NCBI RefSeq assembly: GCF_006345805.1 | Contig: NC_043014.1 | Coordinates: 16,988,001 to 17,052,000 of the forward strand | Direction of reading: 5' to 3' | Source: Octopus sinensis | Lineage: Eukaryota | Length of the DNA stretch: 64,000 bases | In this document: positions 1 to 13,730 of the stretch, in pieces | How the letters are laid out: each line of letters opens with the position of its first letter | Position numbering within the stretch: position 1 is the first letter of the stretch | Program-made: the position numbers and the translations under genes | Notes under the pieces: model-generated | Told to the model about the DNA's origin: nothing | Databases searched by the model: none | Seen by the model: only the letters and a program-made list of their open reading frames with translations

Positions 1-3000
1 GGCCAGTATTGGAACTTTTAACTTCTTGCTCTCTATCTTATGATCTCCGAAATTTAAGAATCTTGTGTTAACTGGGCTCTTATTATTTACTCTGACTGCC
101 ACCACCTCAATGCAAAGACTATCAATATCAGAATCATCTTCACAACCACCACTACAACCATTACTACAACCTCCAATGCCACCACCACAACCATCTTCTG
201 CAACCACAACCCCAAGACCAATACCAGCATCATATTCAAAATCACCAATTTCACCACCACTACACTCTGCAATGTCTTCAACACTTCCATCCATGAGACA
301 TCCTAACATAATCAATGCCACTACTACTATCATCATCATCATCCACTGCTGCCACCACCACCACCACCTCTACAAAAACACCAACACTATAATTGCTGCC
401 ATCATACACATCCACTGTCACCACCACTGCCATGATAACCACATCTACCACCTCCAACACCATTACCACCACTATCTATGAGACATCCTAAGTTAGATAC
501 TACTTTCACTTTCTTGAGTTTATTATATCTAATCTATCTCTCTAAAAGATGCAAACCAAGTAGCATTAAATGGAGAATGGATGTGAGCAGAAAGAGAGTA
601 AGTTTCATTCCAGTTTACAATAATTATAGAATTATTCTCAAACCATAAATGAATGGTGGAGAGGAGTGAAGGAGGAGTCATGTTTCCTCTGAGAGGTTAC
701 AGAAGTATTATTACACTGTTGTTAGAATAGCTGTGGAAAATGTAAGTTGAAATCAAATTTGATGTTAAATTCTTTTATAGTCATGTTCCCAATGAAATAC
801 ACATAATCAATTTGAACAGTCTTAGTAAAATAACTACTTTCTTTAATTATTATTAATCAGGTGTTTGGATCAACAAAATTATGAGATAAAGGTGAGAAGT
901 CAGTAGAGTGTCTATCTGCTTGTAACTATGTAGACACTTAAAATAATGAGCGAAAACATGGTATACATTACTAAGTCATACTCGCTTGCAGGCAGTCACT
1001 ATGATTTTTTTATCTGCTCATATGCAATGAAGCATTGATGTTTCATTGTATATTTGGACATAACAAGTAATTCTTCGTCGTCAAACTGTCCAACCCATGC
1101 CAGCATGAAACATGGATGTTAAATGATGATGACACTTCACATTATTGAAACATTGGGAATAGGAACTAGATCATCTGATGATGTTAACACGTGACAGAGT
1201 GGCTCCCTCTCCATGTAGCGAGATAGATTTTAATTTATATGTTTCTCCTTTTAGCATTTAAACCGACCATATCTGGCCCAAATATTCTACCTGTTTTATG
1301 TTCAAACTGGTCAGGCCTGGCCTCTTGCACCTATCCTAGAAAGTCAATCTAAAAATAAGCAATCAGATCAATGAAATCTCAAGGCTACAATGTGAATAAA
1401 CAATCTGAATGTTAAGGAGTTAAGATGAAACAAGAATTGAACACTGGTTTTTAACAGTGATATCAGAGATCTTTTAAATTGAATTACATTACTTTTAATA
1501 TTGAAACAAACTACTGTAACAATGTGAAACAAAATAATTGCATTCTTATTTGAACCAAAATCCATCATTCTCAGTATCATAAATAAAGGTGCCAGTCGCA
1601 CCTCAGTGCTTACATGTTTGTCTTGTCTAATAAATGGAAGATTACTGAACATAAGACACTTGGGTCACTCAGCCAAGTTTCATCTGAGCAATATATGTGA
1701 AAGTTCTGGAAATTTGTGACCTTTTTGTATTTCAAATAATGTGCAAGTCTGAGAATAATATACATTGTTGGATACAGACATACAACTAAACTTATATATT
1801 TTAGATTTTCTCAAAAAGTCTAACAATTGCTGACTGATATAACTAGCTTCTCTATTACTGCCTGTGTCTCTCCTCTCTTTGTTATTCTATCTACAGATAG
1901 GTTTGTGTGTGTAGTTCTTATATATACACATTCATACATTACCTCTTTTACTTGTTTCAGTTATTGAACTGTGGCCATGATGGGGCACCACCTTGAAAGG
2001 TTTAGTGAAATTAATTGCGCCCACTACATATTTTTAAGTTTGTTATTTATCAGTGTCGTTTGCTAAGCCATGAAGTTGCAAGGACATAAACAAAACAACA
2101 CCAATTGTTAATTTGGGATAGGTACAAACACAAAGACATTGTCTATGATGCTACTGGATCAACTAAAATATGTTACCCCCTACTATATTATTGAATAGTT
2201 TTTCTCCTGTTTGTTATACCAACTACACCCTCACACACACAAATACATTTTTTGTAAGGTGGTTGGTGTTAAATCCAGACACAGAAACTTATGTTGCAAA
2301 GAGAAAGTATGAACAAAATGTAGTCCTGCAACTCAGTTGGGAGTGGAGGTGGAGGTTCTGGCTCAGTTCTGCCCAACTAATGCCAGCATAGAAAAGTGAT
2401 GATAATGCGGATCATGAATATCATCATCATCATCATCGTTTAATGTCCGTTTTCCATGCTAGCATGGGTTGGACGGTTCAACCGGGATCTGGGAAGCCAG
2501 AAGGCTGCACCAGGCTCCAGTCTGATCTGGCAGTTGTTTCTACAGCTGGATGCCCTTCCTAATGCCAACCACTCCGTGAGTGTAGTGGGTGCTTTTTACG
2601 TGCCAGGCGAGGCTGGCAATGGCCACGATTGGATTGGTGCTTTTTACATGCCACCAGCATGGAAGCCAGTCAAGGCGGCGCTGGCATTGGCCATGTCCGG
2701 ATGGTGCTTTTGACATGCCACCGGCACAGGGATCACAACTACAATTTCCATTGATTTTTGATGTTGATGTACTTGACTCAATAGGTCTCCTCAAGCACAG
2801 GGTCGAATATATATTTTTTAATATTTTTTTGCAAACAACATGCAGATGCAAGTGTTACCTGTTGAAAGCTCTGCATACCAGATGCAAGCAAGTTTATGGG
2901 GCCATTAGGAGAGAATGCCTGCCATTTCGGGACCTATCTCTTGACAGCATCATTGGGCACCCCTCACTGAAATGAGACCCTGCTTGCTAGATCAACTGGT

Positions 3001-3749
3001 CATCAGGTTTCACTCAATATTCTTCTAGCTATTGCTCATTGTTGCTTTCTAACCAAATCCAGTGGTTTGCCTTTTCCAGTGTAGTTTGGATATTACTCTT
3101 AGTGGTATTTGCTTTATGATGAATTAGGTCAATGATGGCAATAGTCACTTCACACTGTGTCCAACAAACCCTCTACATCCAACTTTGATTGAAAAATGCT
3201 CTGCTTTCCAGCCTGTGTCTTCACATTCCTCTCGGAGGTTTTCATAACAGCCAATCTTTTGAGCTCAAGCGGCATCCATGTTAACTTCATGAGGAACTCA
3301 ACTAGATTTACCATTTTCTTTCGTTTACGCCATATTATCATATATATACACATACACACATGTATATATACGTGTGTGTGTGTATATATATATCTATCAT
3401 GATCATCATCATCATCACTTTTTGGTCCTGGCATCTGTTTGGCAAGACTGAGTTAGTTCTTATTGACATTTACTTCCCCACTCTACCTACCCCAACTATA
3501 TTTTGGAGTTGACTACTTTAAGTTTTTTATTTCTTTGCATCCATCAATTAATGATAATATAGTATATCTTGTATATAATATAACATATTCACCATTACAC
3601 ATGTTTCATTTACTAATAGGGGTTACAAAATTGTATTTAACAGAGAAACATGTAAGATATCTTCTGTTAGAAAGTCTTCAGACAGAAAATCAGAGAGTAT
3701 TATCATGCTGAGTAAAAAGTAAGCAACGTTTTGAAACATGAAATTCATC

Positions 3750-4760
3750 ACAATATATTTCAGCTATGTGGAAATTTTATTCATCAAAGTAAGTACCATT
3801 ACAATCAACACATTTGTGCCAATGAGTTACAAGTTTGTTTATTCTGGTAACATAAAAATCTGGAGTTCTGGAGCTGATGAACTCTTTGAACACAGTTTCA
3901 GCATCGGTTTGATTTTTTAACTCTTTCTCTTTCAGGAAACCATCAAGGTGCTTGAAAAAGTGGTAGTCGGTAGGAGAAAGGTCTGGGGAATAAGCTGGGT
4001 GGGGAAGAAATTCATAGCCAAGTTCCTTCAACTTTTGGAGCATCATTAGTGAAATTTATGGTCGAGCATTGTTATGAAGAATGATTGGCCCTCTTCTGTT
4101 GACCAGTCTGGGACAGAGGAGTAGCGGTTTTTCTTTCATTTTGGCAATTTCATGACAATATGTTTCTGCAGTAATGGTTTTTCCAGATTTTAAAAAGTTA
4201 TAATGGATGATTCCAAAAGTACACCACCAAGCAGTCACCATAACCTTCTTTTTGAAGAGCTTGGGTTTAGGGAAGGTTTTCGGTGCTTCATTTTGGTCCA
4301 ACCACTGCAAAGAACGTTTTTTATTGTACAGAATCCACTTTTCATTGCAAGTTACAATATTGTCAAGAAATGGATTGGTCTGGTTGCGGAGAAGAAGCAA
4401 TAAGCATTTTCTGATTTCCATTCAAATTTGTCGAGCTTTTTTGATTTTCTGATTGCATGCAAATGGTTGCAGGCAGTTTTCTGGTTAACTTGAAGTTCTT
4501 TTGCCAGTTCTCAAGTGGTTTTATATGGATCTTTCTCAATGACAGTCTCTACTTGACTGTCATCGATGACAGATGGGCGTCCATAATGCTCACAATCTGC
4601 AAAATCATTTATACCATTTTCAAGCTGACCTCTCACTAGTCATTTCCCCACCAAATGTTTCATTGATATCATGAACAGTTTTAGCTGCTTTACATCCTTT
4701 TTTGAAGTTGAATAGCAAAACTGCTCAAATATCGCACTTTCACAGTTCCATTTCAGATGA
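3750..4760 (-). mobile_element. Degenerate mariner transposase (DD34D)
   Basis: Fragments FNFKKGCKAAKTVHDIN (HTH), IVTCNEKWILYN, KKVMVTAWW, HNNARP, HPAYSPDLSPTDYHFF. Stops and frameshifts present; ends approximate. Confidence 0.9.
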
Positions 4761-5236
4761 TTGTAACAATGGGGGAAAAAAAATATAAATGTTAATTTAT
4801 TGATGCATTTGGGTAAGTTTATATCTGTATTATCAGACAACTGCAAAAAAATGTTTAACAAAAATTCAAAACCCTGCAAAAATCTGGTACAAATTCTTCA
4901 TGGTTCAAAACATTGCTTATTTTTTTATTCAACCTGATAATTGATTCGCTGTCTGAGGAATTTTTAATAAGAGATATTTTATGATTTTCTCTTACATGTA
5001 TAATATTCTTAGCAAATGAAACATGTGCAATGGTGAATAAATAATACTAAAAATATTTTCCAGTCTACTGTTTTAATGCGTAATTACTCTGCAAATATTA
5101 TTTTCCAATATTTTTTCTACTCTTATACATGCCTCACACAATTATAACATCTACATACAATGTTGGCATACTGGAATATACAGGTGTGCTTCACGAGGAC
5201 ACGGCTTCGATTACAACCCTATCTACATACTATATA

Positions 5237-5292
<56 letters not shown>

Positions 5293-6099
5293 TGCATACA
5301 TATGTACAGAAAGACTGATAGAAGGCACAGGCATGTAGTACCCTTCTTAATCATATGGTTTTGAGTTCAGTCCCAGTGCATGGCAACTTCGCCAAGTATC
5401 ACTTATGATAGCCAAGATTGACCAAATCTTTGATAGATGGAACCTGTAAGAAATCTATCTATATAATATGTGTGTATATCTGTTTATGTTTGTGCTCTAT
5501 AAAAGTTGCAAGCTACAAGGTTTGCTGTTGTCATTTCTCTGGTTGACAAATTGTCTGCTTACTTCAAGCCTTTCAAGACATGTGTAATTAAGAGATTCCT
5601 TATTTAAAACACAGTCAAGTGTTAATGACGGGAAAGGCATCTGGTTGTGAAAGAATAATTCAATCATTTTTTCATTTAAAACATACTTAACTGGAAAAAC
5701 ATGTAAATCAAACAAGACATATTCAAATACATACATGTATTTGATGATATTTATATGTATATATACATATGATATATGTATATATGATTGAAATATATAT
5801 GTATATATATATATATATTATATATATATGTATATATATAGTTAGTTAATTTTTTGGCTCAAAAAGCAAAAATATATATAATATTTATATATGTATAATA
5901 TATATCTATAATAAAATTATATATATATTATACGTATATATATATATGGGCACAGGAAAAAAGTGTGTTAATGTCTGGGAGATTTTTTTGGTAGTAGAAA
6001 AGGCATTTAACTCCTATTTCTAAATTTGGTGCGTGGCGAAGCAATTAGCTGACCCCTGATTATAATTATGTTCATAATTATAGAATTTTTGTACATATA

Positions 6100-6265
6100 T
6101 GATATATATATATATATATAGAAATGGTAAGACAACAAAAGAATGAAAGAGACCTCGATATTCTGTAAATAGAGGAATTTATCTGTAAATATAATATGTC
6201 GCAATTCTTGGAGTTTTATCATGGCTACGAATAACTGTCATATATATATATACAGATATATATAT

Positions 6266-6310
<45 letters not shown>

Positions 6311-6507
6311 GTATATGATACATATATATATATATGATAATATATCATATATATATATATGTATATGACACATATATATATATATGATAATATATCATAT
6401 ATATGTATATGTATATGATACATATATATATGTATATATGATACATATATATATATATATATATGATAATATATCATATATTTATATATAATATGTATAT
6501 ATATATT

Positions 6508-6541
<34 letters not shown>

Positions 6542-6730
6542 CATACATGATATGTATATATATAGATATATAGTTAATCCAAACATGAAAACAAGGACAA
6601 AACACAACAACGCGAGGACGTGGAACAAGTATAGTGTTATTGAACACTCAGGAAAAGAAAGAAAGAAAGGGGATTTAACATTTTGATTGGAGCTCTTCAT
6701 CAGAAATATAGGAAAGGGAAAGATATACAC
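6100..6730. mobile_element. Penelope-like pseudo-LTR remnants embedded in (TA)n
   Basis: Minus strand at about 6680-6705 reads ctgatgaagagctccaatcaaaatgt, a decayed CTGAYGA-stem-GAAAC core. Confidence 0.4.
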
Positions 6731-6916
6731 ACGGTCATATATATTTAAAATTATAATTTAGGGTATCTAAGAGAGACCACCACGCAGAAATAGCAGTCAA
6801 AACTTGACTCTAAAACCACATTAAATGTTCATATGGCACCAGGAGGGAAGACAAAGTAAATGAGCAAAAAAAATGATATATATATATGATAATTATATAT
6901 GATATATGTTTATATA

Positions 6917-6948
<32 letters not shown>

Positions 6949-7331
6949 GATATATACATATGTATATATATATGATATATGTGTGTATATATATATATAT
7001 GATAATTATATATGTATATGTATGTATATAATGTATGTATATATATGTGTGTATGTATGTATATATATATATGTATGTATATGTATGTATGTATATGTAT
7101 GTATGTATATATATATGTATATATATATATATATGTATGTATATATATATGTATATATATGTATATATGTATGATAATTATATATTATATATATACATAT
7201 ATATGTATATATATATATTTATAGATTATATACATACCTATACATGTATTTATATATGATATATATATCCAGCATGTACATGCTCACACACATATATATA
7301 GGGTACACACACACACACATATATATATATA

Positions 7332-7715
7332 GGCGCAGGAGTGGCTGAGTGATAAGTAGCTTGTTTACCAACCACATGGTTCCGGGTTCAGTCCCACTGC
7401 ATGGCACCTTGGGCAAGTATCTTCTACTATAGTCTCGGGCTGACCAAAGCCTTGTGAGTGGATTTGGTAGATGGAAACTGAAAGAAGCCCATCGTATATA
7501 TGTACGTGAGTGTATGTTTGTGTTTGTCCCCCTAGCATTGCTTGACAACCGATGCTGGTGTGTTTATGTCCCCGTCACATAGTGGTTCGGCAAAAGAGAC
7601 TGATAGAATAAGTACTGGGCTTACAAAGAATAAGTCCTGGTGTCGAGTTGCTTGATTAAAGGCGGTGCTCCAGCATGGCCGCAGTCAAAATGACTGAAAC
7701 AAGTAAAAAGAGAAA
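7332..7715 (+). mobile_element. tRNA-derived octopus SINE family A, full length
   Basis: tRNA-like head (gtggctgagtgataag...ggttccgggttcagtccc), central gccttgtgagtggatttggtag, tail gactgaaacaagtaaaa. More than 10 copies in the window. Confidence 0.9.
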
Positions 7716-7975
7716 GAGAATACACACACACATACACCCACAGGTGTGTGTATATATATGTGTGTATGTATGGCAGCAACAACATTGGCAGCATTAGTAA
7801 CAACATAAAGAAGTGCTTTGCTGGTAACATATGCAGGGGCAGTAACATTACCGATGCAACCACCACCACTAACACCAGCAGCCCTTGCTTTTACATAGCA
7901 ACAGCAGCAGCAGTTACAACTACATCAACAGCAGCTACAGTGGTGTGAACAACAATAATAGGTACAACGCCGACA

Positions 7976-8330
7976 TTGCAAGTCTACAGAAATGTATTTG
8001 TTGGACCAGGAATTCATTTTCCCAACCATGGATCCTTCAAAGTCCTGGAAAGGAGATACATAACATGGCTGGCCAGCCACATATGGCAACTAGAAGACGA
8101 CAGAGTTCCACACTCCATCTTATGGAAAATCCTCAAAAACTCAGACCTCTACATAAATGGGATGAAACGCTGCAAGCTATGCATAGCTGAATTCATGGGA
8201 ATCCTAAGGGACTCATTCGAACCAGGGGCTATACTTAACTCCAGAATGGAGATTCTTGGGCCATGTTTGCAGGAGAGGGAGATAATCCCCTATTATTTAC
8301 CCTCAGCTGAATGATGGCATTATGGTTGGA
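7976..8330 (+). mobile_element. Penelope-like element, GIY-YIG C-terminal fragment
   Basis: NHGSF...LASHIWQLEDDRVPHSILWKIL...KRCKLCIAE...LNSRMEILGPC resembles the PLE endonuclease tail. Confidence 0.65.
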
Positions 8331-8529
8331 AGCTATTGGCGAAATGAGATAATTCAGACTTTCCCTTCCATATTTTAAAGAGGTCATAGGTCATCAGGTC
8401 TTGGGTTTTGACGATATGCCATAAAATTAAACCCTTTATGGACAGGAAACCCAGGATAACCCCATAAATCAGCCTTCACCAGGAAAAATATAGACCACTC
8501 TACTTCTTAGAGTGTGCTTCACTGGATTT

Positions 8530-8918
8530 ATGTTTTTCTAAAAACGATATATATACCTCCTCCAGGCATTTGATGTAGGCCTCTGTGTTCAGTCTGAGAC
8601 CATGTGGGAATATGAATGGAAGCATAACATTGCCATTTCTAGTGATCACTCCAAACACCATGATGTTGGTACATATTTTGGGGACATGGTAAGTCAGTGG
8701 TTCTGTGCATTCACCATCTGTTTTTATTGGAGCGTCCGGCACGAATGCCAACCAATTCCAAATTTCTGGCAGAGTAAATTGTGTCACGGTACTGTTTTTC
8801 GCACAGATGGTGCTCAACTGACCCAAGTATATCGTGTAATTAACAAAATCAAAAACAAACAATGCACATGTGTAAAATTAAAACTATGAAATGGTGACAA
8901 TTTACCCATCACACCCTG
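8530..8918 (-). mobile_element. Internally deleted Tc1/mariner, DD37D (maT)-like
   Basis: End reads TA|CAGGGTGTGATGGG. Peptide IMVFGVITRNGNVMLPFIFPHGLRLNTEAYIKCLEE. Confidence 0.7.
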
Positions 8919-9221
8919 TATATATGCTGGAGAAATGATTAAATGCAAGTTTGTTTTCTCCATACATTTCAGTTGTGGTTATTTTCAAATTTGCACTAAA
9001 TGTTCCAAGTGCAGTTGGTTGCTGAACACCACAGTATATCATCAAGACAACACTTTATTGCATTATTTTATATATGTTCAGTAACACTACTAAGTATAGT
9101 AGTAACCACACCACTTTACTGGAAGCAGATTGGATGCTGATATTCTGCATGGAGTTTGAAACTCAACAGTAGCAGTTGTGCATCTAACTGTACACACAAT
9201 ATATACATATGTGTATGTGTG

Positions 9222-9253
<32 letters not shown>

Positions 9254-9254
9254 A

Positions 9255-9830
9255 TATATATAAAGGGAGAATTCACAAAAAAACAAAAGACGAAGTCAGG
9301 TGGTGTAGACAACAGATGTATTAGTTTAATGCTCGGGAAGTGAAAAAGTCTTTAATATTTAGAGCCTACGTTCTTCCACAGAAAGAAACGCAGAGAAAAT
9401 ACAGTGTAGTGGCTAGCGATCTATCATGGCGAATGCCGGACAAAGGGGTCACACAGGAGAGCTAGGAAGAAGGGGAGATAATAAAGTAGTGGTGATTCCA
9501 AAATGAAGGTGCAAGTGCATGTGTATATGAGAGCATATATGGGTGTGTGGGTGCTGGGAAGTAATCAGTGCTAGTGTGTGCATGGTGGTGTGGTGTGGTG
9601 GGACAGGTGAGAGTGGGGAAAGCAAGGGTGGGGTGTGGGTTAGGCTGATATATACATGTAAAAAACAAAAATAGGGAAAACAACAAAATTCAAAAGGATG
9701 TACACAGCGAATATATGAGATTGATGCTCAGAGAAAGTAAGATGGAAAAAAGATGGGGTGTGACATTTCAAGCATGATTCTTTGTCAGAAAGGAAAGCAG
9801 TAAATGACTGGAGAGAAGGAAAAGGATAGT
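9255..9830. mobile_element. Penelope-like pseudo-LTR/3' remnant
   Basis: Minus strand ctgtggaagaacgtaggctctaaaat is a decayed hammerhead-type core; adjacent to (TA)n. Confidence 0.35.
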
Positions 9831-10135
9831 CCTAGAAAAGCATATATATATATATATATATATGTATGTATAATTATTTTCTTGTTAATTAATGATTCCT
9901 ATCAATATAAATATTCCCCCACTACATGTCTACTATTACATGTCTTATGAAAAGAAACAAAAATCTCATTGTTTTGGGCGAATGATTCAACCATTATGAA
10001 ACCAAAGATTTTTTACCATTGTCTCTGAAGGCAGCTGTGCACCTCACCAACCCACCCATCCCACTTTAAATGACACATTCACTTGCATTCTTTTATTTAT
10101 TCTGATCTCCCACCCAAAGAATATTCATCGTAATA

Positions 10136-11426
10136 CGAGGGGCGTTCAATAAGTAATGCCTCTGACCCACTTGCCTTTGTTTGATTTAGCTGAAATTTTG
10201 CACGTCCACTTATCTATGTTTCTATAGATTACGTGGCAAATTACAGCTCCGAACTAACTTTGGTTTCTGATTTACAGGTGTTTGAAATGAGTCAAGTGGG
10301 AAATGGAGCCTGTTGAGTGTCGAGCAATGATCCAGTTTTTGTATTTGAAATGACGCACACCACAGGAGACTTTTGATGAAATGAAAGTAACTTATGGTGA
10401 TAATGCCCCATCATATGACCTTGTAAAACGCTGGCATCGTGAATTCAAACATGGTCGGAACTCTGCGGAAACAGCTCCCAGATCTGTCACACCCCTTCTG
10501 CCATTGATGAGGCATCTGTCCGTCAAGTTGAGGCTGCCATTTTGGAAGATCGACGCATAACTATTCGCCAAATAGCCCATGAGGTCAAGATTAGTACCGG
10601 GTCTGTGGAAACTATCATTCATGACCATTTGCATATGCAAAAGGTGTCTGCCAGATGGATTCCCAGGTTGCTCACACTTTTCCAGAAGCAAGAACGCGTC
10701 AAGTGCTCGAGGATGAATTTAGGGATGTGCCAAGAAGATGAGTCAAAATTTTTCAAAAGACTGATTACACAGGATGAGACCTGGGTCCATCACTATGATC
10801 CACAGATCAAAGCCCAGTCAATGCAGTGGAAGCACCATGACTCACCTCCTCCAAAGAAGGCAAGGGTGAAGCCCTCCGCTGGCAAGGTCATGCTCACAGT
10901 CTTCTGGGACCAGGACGGAGTAGTGATGACAGATTTCCTGGCAAAGGGTACCACAATTACAGGAGCCTATCATGCTTCACTTTTGAGGAAATTAAGAGAA
11001 GCTATCAAAACCAAGAGGTGGGGCAAGATCAGCAAAGGCATCCTCCTCTTGCAGGACAACGCTCCGGTCCACAACTCGCGTGTCGCCAGATCAGAAGCAC
11101 AGGCGTGCGGCTATGAACTCTTCCCTCATCCCCCTACTCTCCTGACCTTGCACCCTCTGATTTTCACCTCTTCCCAGCCATGAAGTTGTTTTTGAAAGGA
11201 AAGCGTTTCCCAGATGATGCAGCCTTGATTTCTGAAGTCACGTCGTGCTTGGAAGACCAAGCTGGGGTCTTGTACGAAAACGGTCTCCAGAGCTGCATCA
11301 AACAATGGGAGAAATGCGTAACTATGGGATGTTCCTATGTAGAAAAAGATTAATAACTGTACCAAGTTTCGTTGCTCTACTGCTATGGGAAGTGGATCAG
11401 GGGCATTACTTATTGAACGCTTCTCG
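10136..11426 (+). mobile_element. Full-length mariner (Hsmar2/irritans-like), inactivated
   Basis: About 40-bp TIRs (CGAGGGGCGTTCAATAAGTAATGCC / rc) with TA duplications at 10134-10135 and 11427-11428. TQDETWVHHYDP, LQDNAPVH and PHPP motifs. One early stop and frameshifts. Confidence 0.95.
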
Positions 11427-12228
11427 TAATTTCCATGACTTTTGTTTCGGGTGAACTTCTACTTAAAAGGAAATTCCATTTATGCATGTATGCATACATT
11501 TACACCGAGAAAAATCATTTAACATTGTCTTTACATTTGAATGTTTATCATTAAAAAATGTTTTGAAACCTAGAATTGTTTCTTCTTTTATTAAGAAGTG
11601 TGCGATGACCATGCTCAGGCACTGTCTTTGGGTGTCTTTCATTGACCCTATCAATATTAGAGCTAATTTCAAACATAGGGCAGGGTCCCATTTTAATGAT
11701 GCCTGTTCATTGAAAGTAACCTTTGATAGCCTAGTATACTAGAGCAGTAAACATGTAAATGAACACACACACATACACACAAACACATCTTGCGGGCTTC
11801 TTCATAGAATCATTCTCCCAATTTGACTCACATGACATTGATCAACCTAAGACTACAGTAAAAGACACTTACCCACTATACCACACAGCAGAATTGAACC
11901 CAGAAACCCATGGGTGTGAAGCAAATTTTTCAACCACAAAGCTATCCTTTATATATATTTTTATCAAAATTCTTTTGTTTAAAAGAAAAAGATCAAAGCC
12001 TTTTAATTTTTTCTTCTTTATTATGAAAATGTCCTGTGTAAGTTATCTGGCGTTAATATTGACTGGGGTTGGAAGTTTCTGGTACAAGAAAATTAAAGGG
12101 GATAAGTTCAGCTAGGAATATTATCTTTGTCACATATTCTACTGAAACTTGTAAATTATAACATGTTTCATGTACTAACAAAATTTGTAAATAATTTCAA
12201 TATTCAATTCATCCAGTATTGTTTAAAG

Positions 12229-13730
12229 CAGTGATTCCCAATGTGGTCCCTGGAACCTACAAGTGGTCCCCAGAGAATTCGTAGCCGTAAAAAATTGAAG
12301 CCATTTCAGATCTACACAAAATTGTTCGATAATAAAGACACTATTAGTTAATAATAATTTATATGAAGACAGAATAATGATAAGAAAACAAAATTCAATA
12401 ATTATTCCATAAGAATCAATAATGTATAATATATAATCAATAATATATTACAATCAAGAATTACATAATTTAAATTTTATAATCACAACAGTTTCATAAT
12501 AAATTCGATATTTTTAATAGATCACTACATAATATTGTTTAATAATAAATTTGATACTTTAAATTTATAGAAATAAAATATTTATTATTTAAATTTTTTT
12601 TATGGACAGTTGTAATAATATCTGAACCAACTGCTAAAAAGGCAAAACTGAAGAAATACAAAGAAGATTTTATCGTGTTTGGTTTTGTATCTGTAGACTC
12701 AAAACCTATGTATCTTGAATGTAAATGCCATCATGACAAATTATTCCATGAAGAAATTTAAGCTGGAGCAGCACCAGAAATTAAGGCATCCATCATCTGT
12801 TGGTAAAGGTCGGGAATATTTTGAGAATAAAAAGAAAATACAGCTAATCAAACTACCTGACTTTGTAAAGAAGATAAATATTGAAAAAGTAAAGACACTC
12901 AATCCAAGTTATTTGGTTTCTGAAATTATTGCCAAGGTTGCAGCACCTCAGATTTAAGGTGAGAATCTTGTCAAACCTGCTGTGATAGCTTGTGCAAATG
13001 AGGTTCTGGGAAAAGATGCTGAACCTACTCTGAGTACAATTCCACTTTCAAACAACACAATTACAAGAAGACAGGATGAAATGTCTAATTTTGTTGAGGA
13101 GAAAGAAGATTGTGCAAATTCTCCAAACGACCAATTTTTCTATCCAGGTTGATGATAGCACAATTCATAACCAAGTTATCCTTCTGGTCTATGTCAGATT
13201 CAAGGGAAGAAATGTTATTCATTAAAAGTTTTTTTTGAAACAACTAATGGAGAAGATATATTCAATGAAGTAATGCAGTATTTTAATGATAAAAATATTC
13301 CATCGACTAATTTGATCAACACTGCATCAGATGGAGTTGCAGCCATGACTGGAAACGTGAAAGGCTTTGTTTCTAGAATGAAATCAGTTGCTCCTCACAT
13401 TTTAAATATACGTTGCATTATCCACAGACAGCATGTGGTTGCTAAGAATATTGGAGGACACATGGAAAATGCACTCAACACTTCCATACATACAAAGAAC
13501 ATTGTCAAATCAAACTCTGTGAATAATAGATTTTTTATGCAATTCTGTGAAGATGAAGATTTTAAAACCCTATTGCTTCACATAGAAGTAAGATGGGTCA
13601 AAAGGCCTGAGCTTTGAAAGACTAGTGAATTTGTGGGAGCCATTAATCCACTTTTTCATGTTCAAGAGTCAGATGACTCATTACAACTCCAAGACAAGCT
13701 GATACAGCTAAGAAAATTTTGGAAAGACCT
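12229..13730 (+). mobile_element. hAT (Buster/Charlie, ZBED5-like) transposon, 5' part
   Basis: Starts CAGTGATTCCCAA after an nnnTAnnn site (gtttaaag). Peptides ASDGVAAMTG, RCIIHRQ, LLLHIEVRW. Degenerate. Confidence 0.85.

Noticed and set aside
1-481. ORFs on both strands, including a 98-codon open minus frame from 294 to the window edge
   Set aside because: Mostly decayed (CAC/CAT/ACA)n trinucleotide sequence with no recognisable domain. Truncated by the window, so it cannot be judged.
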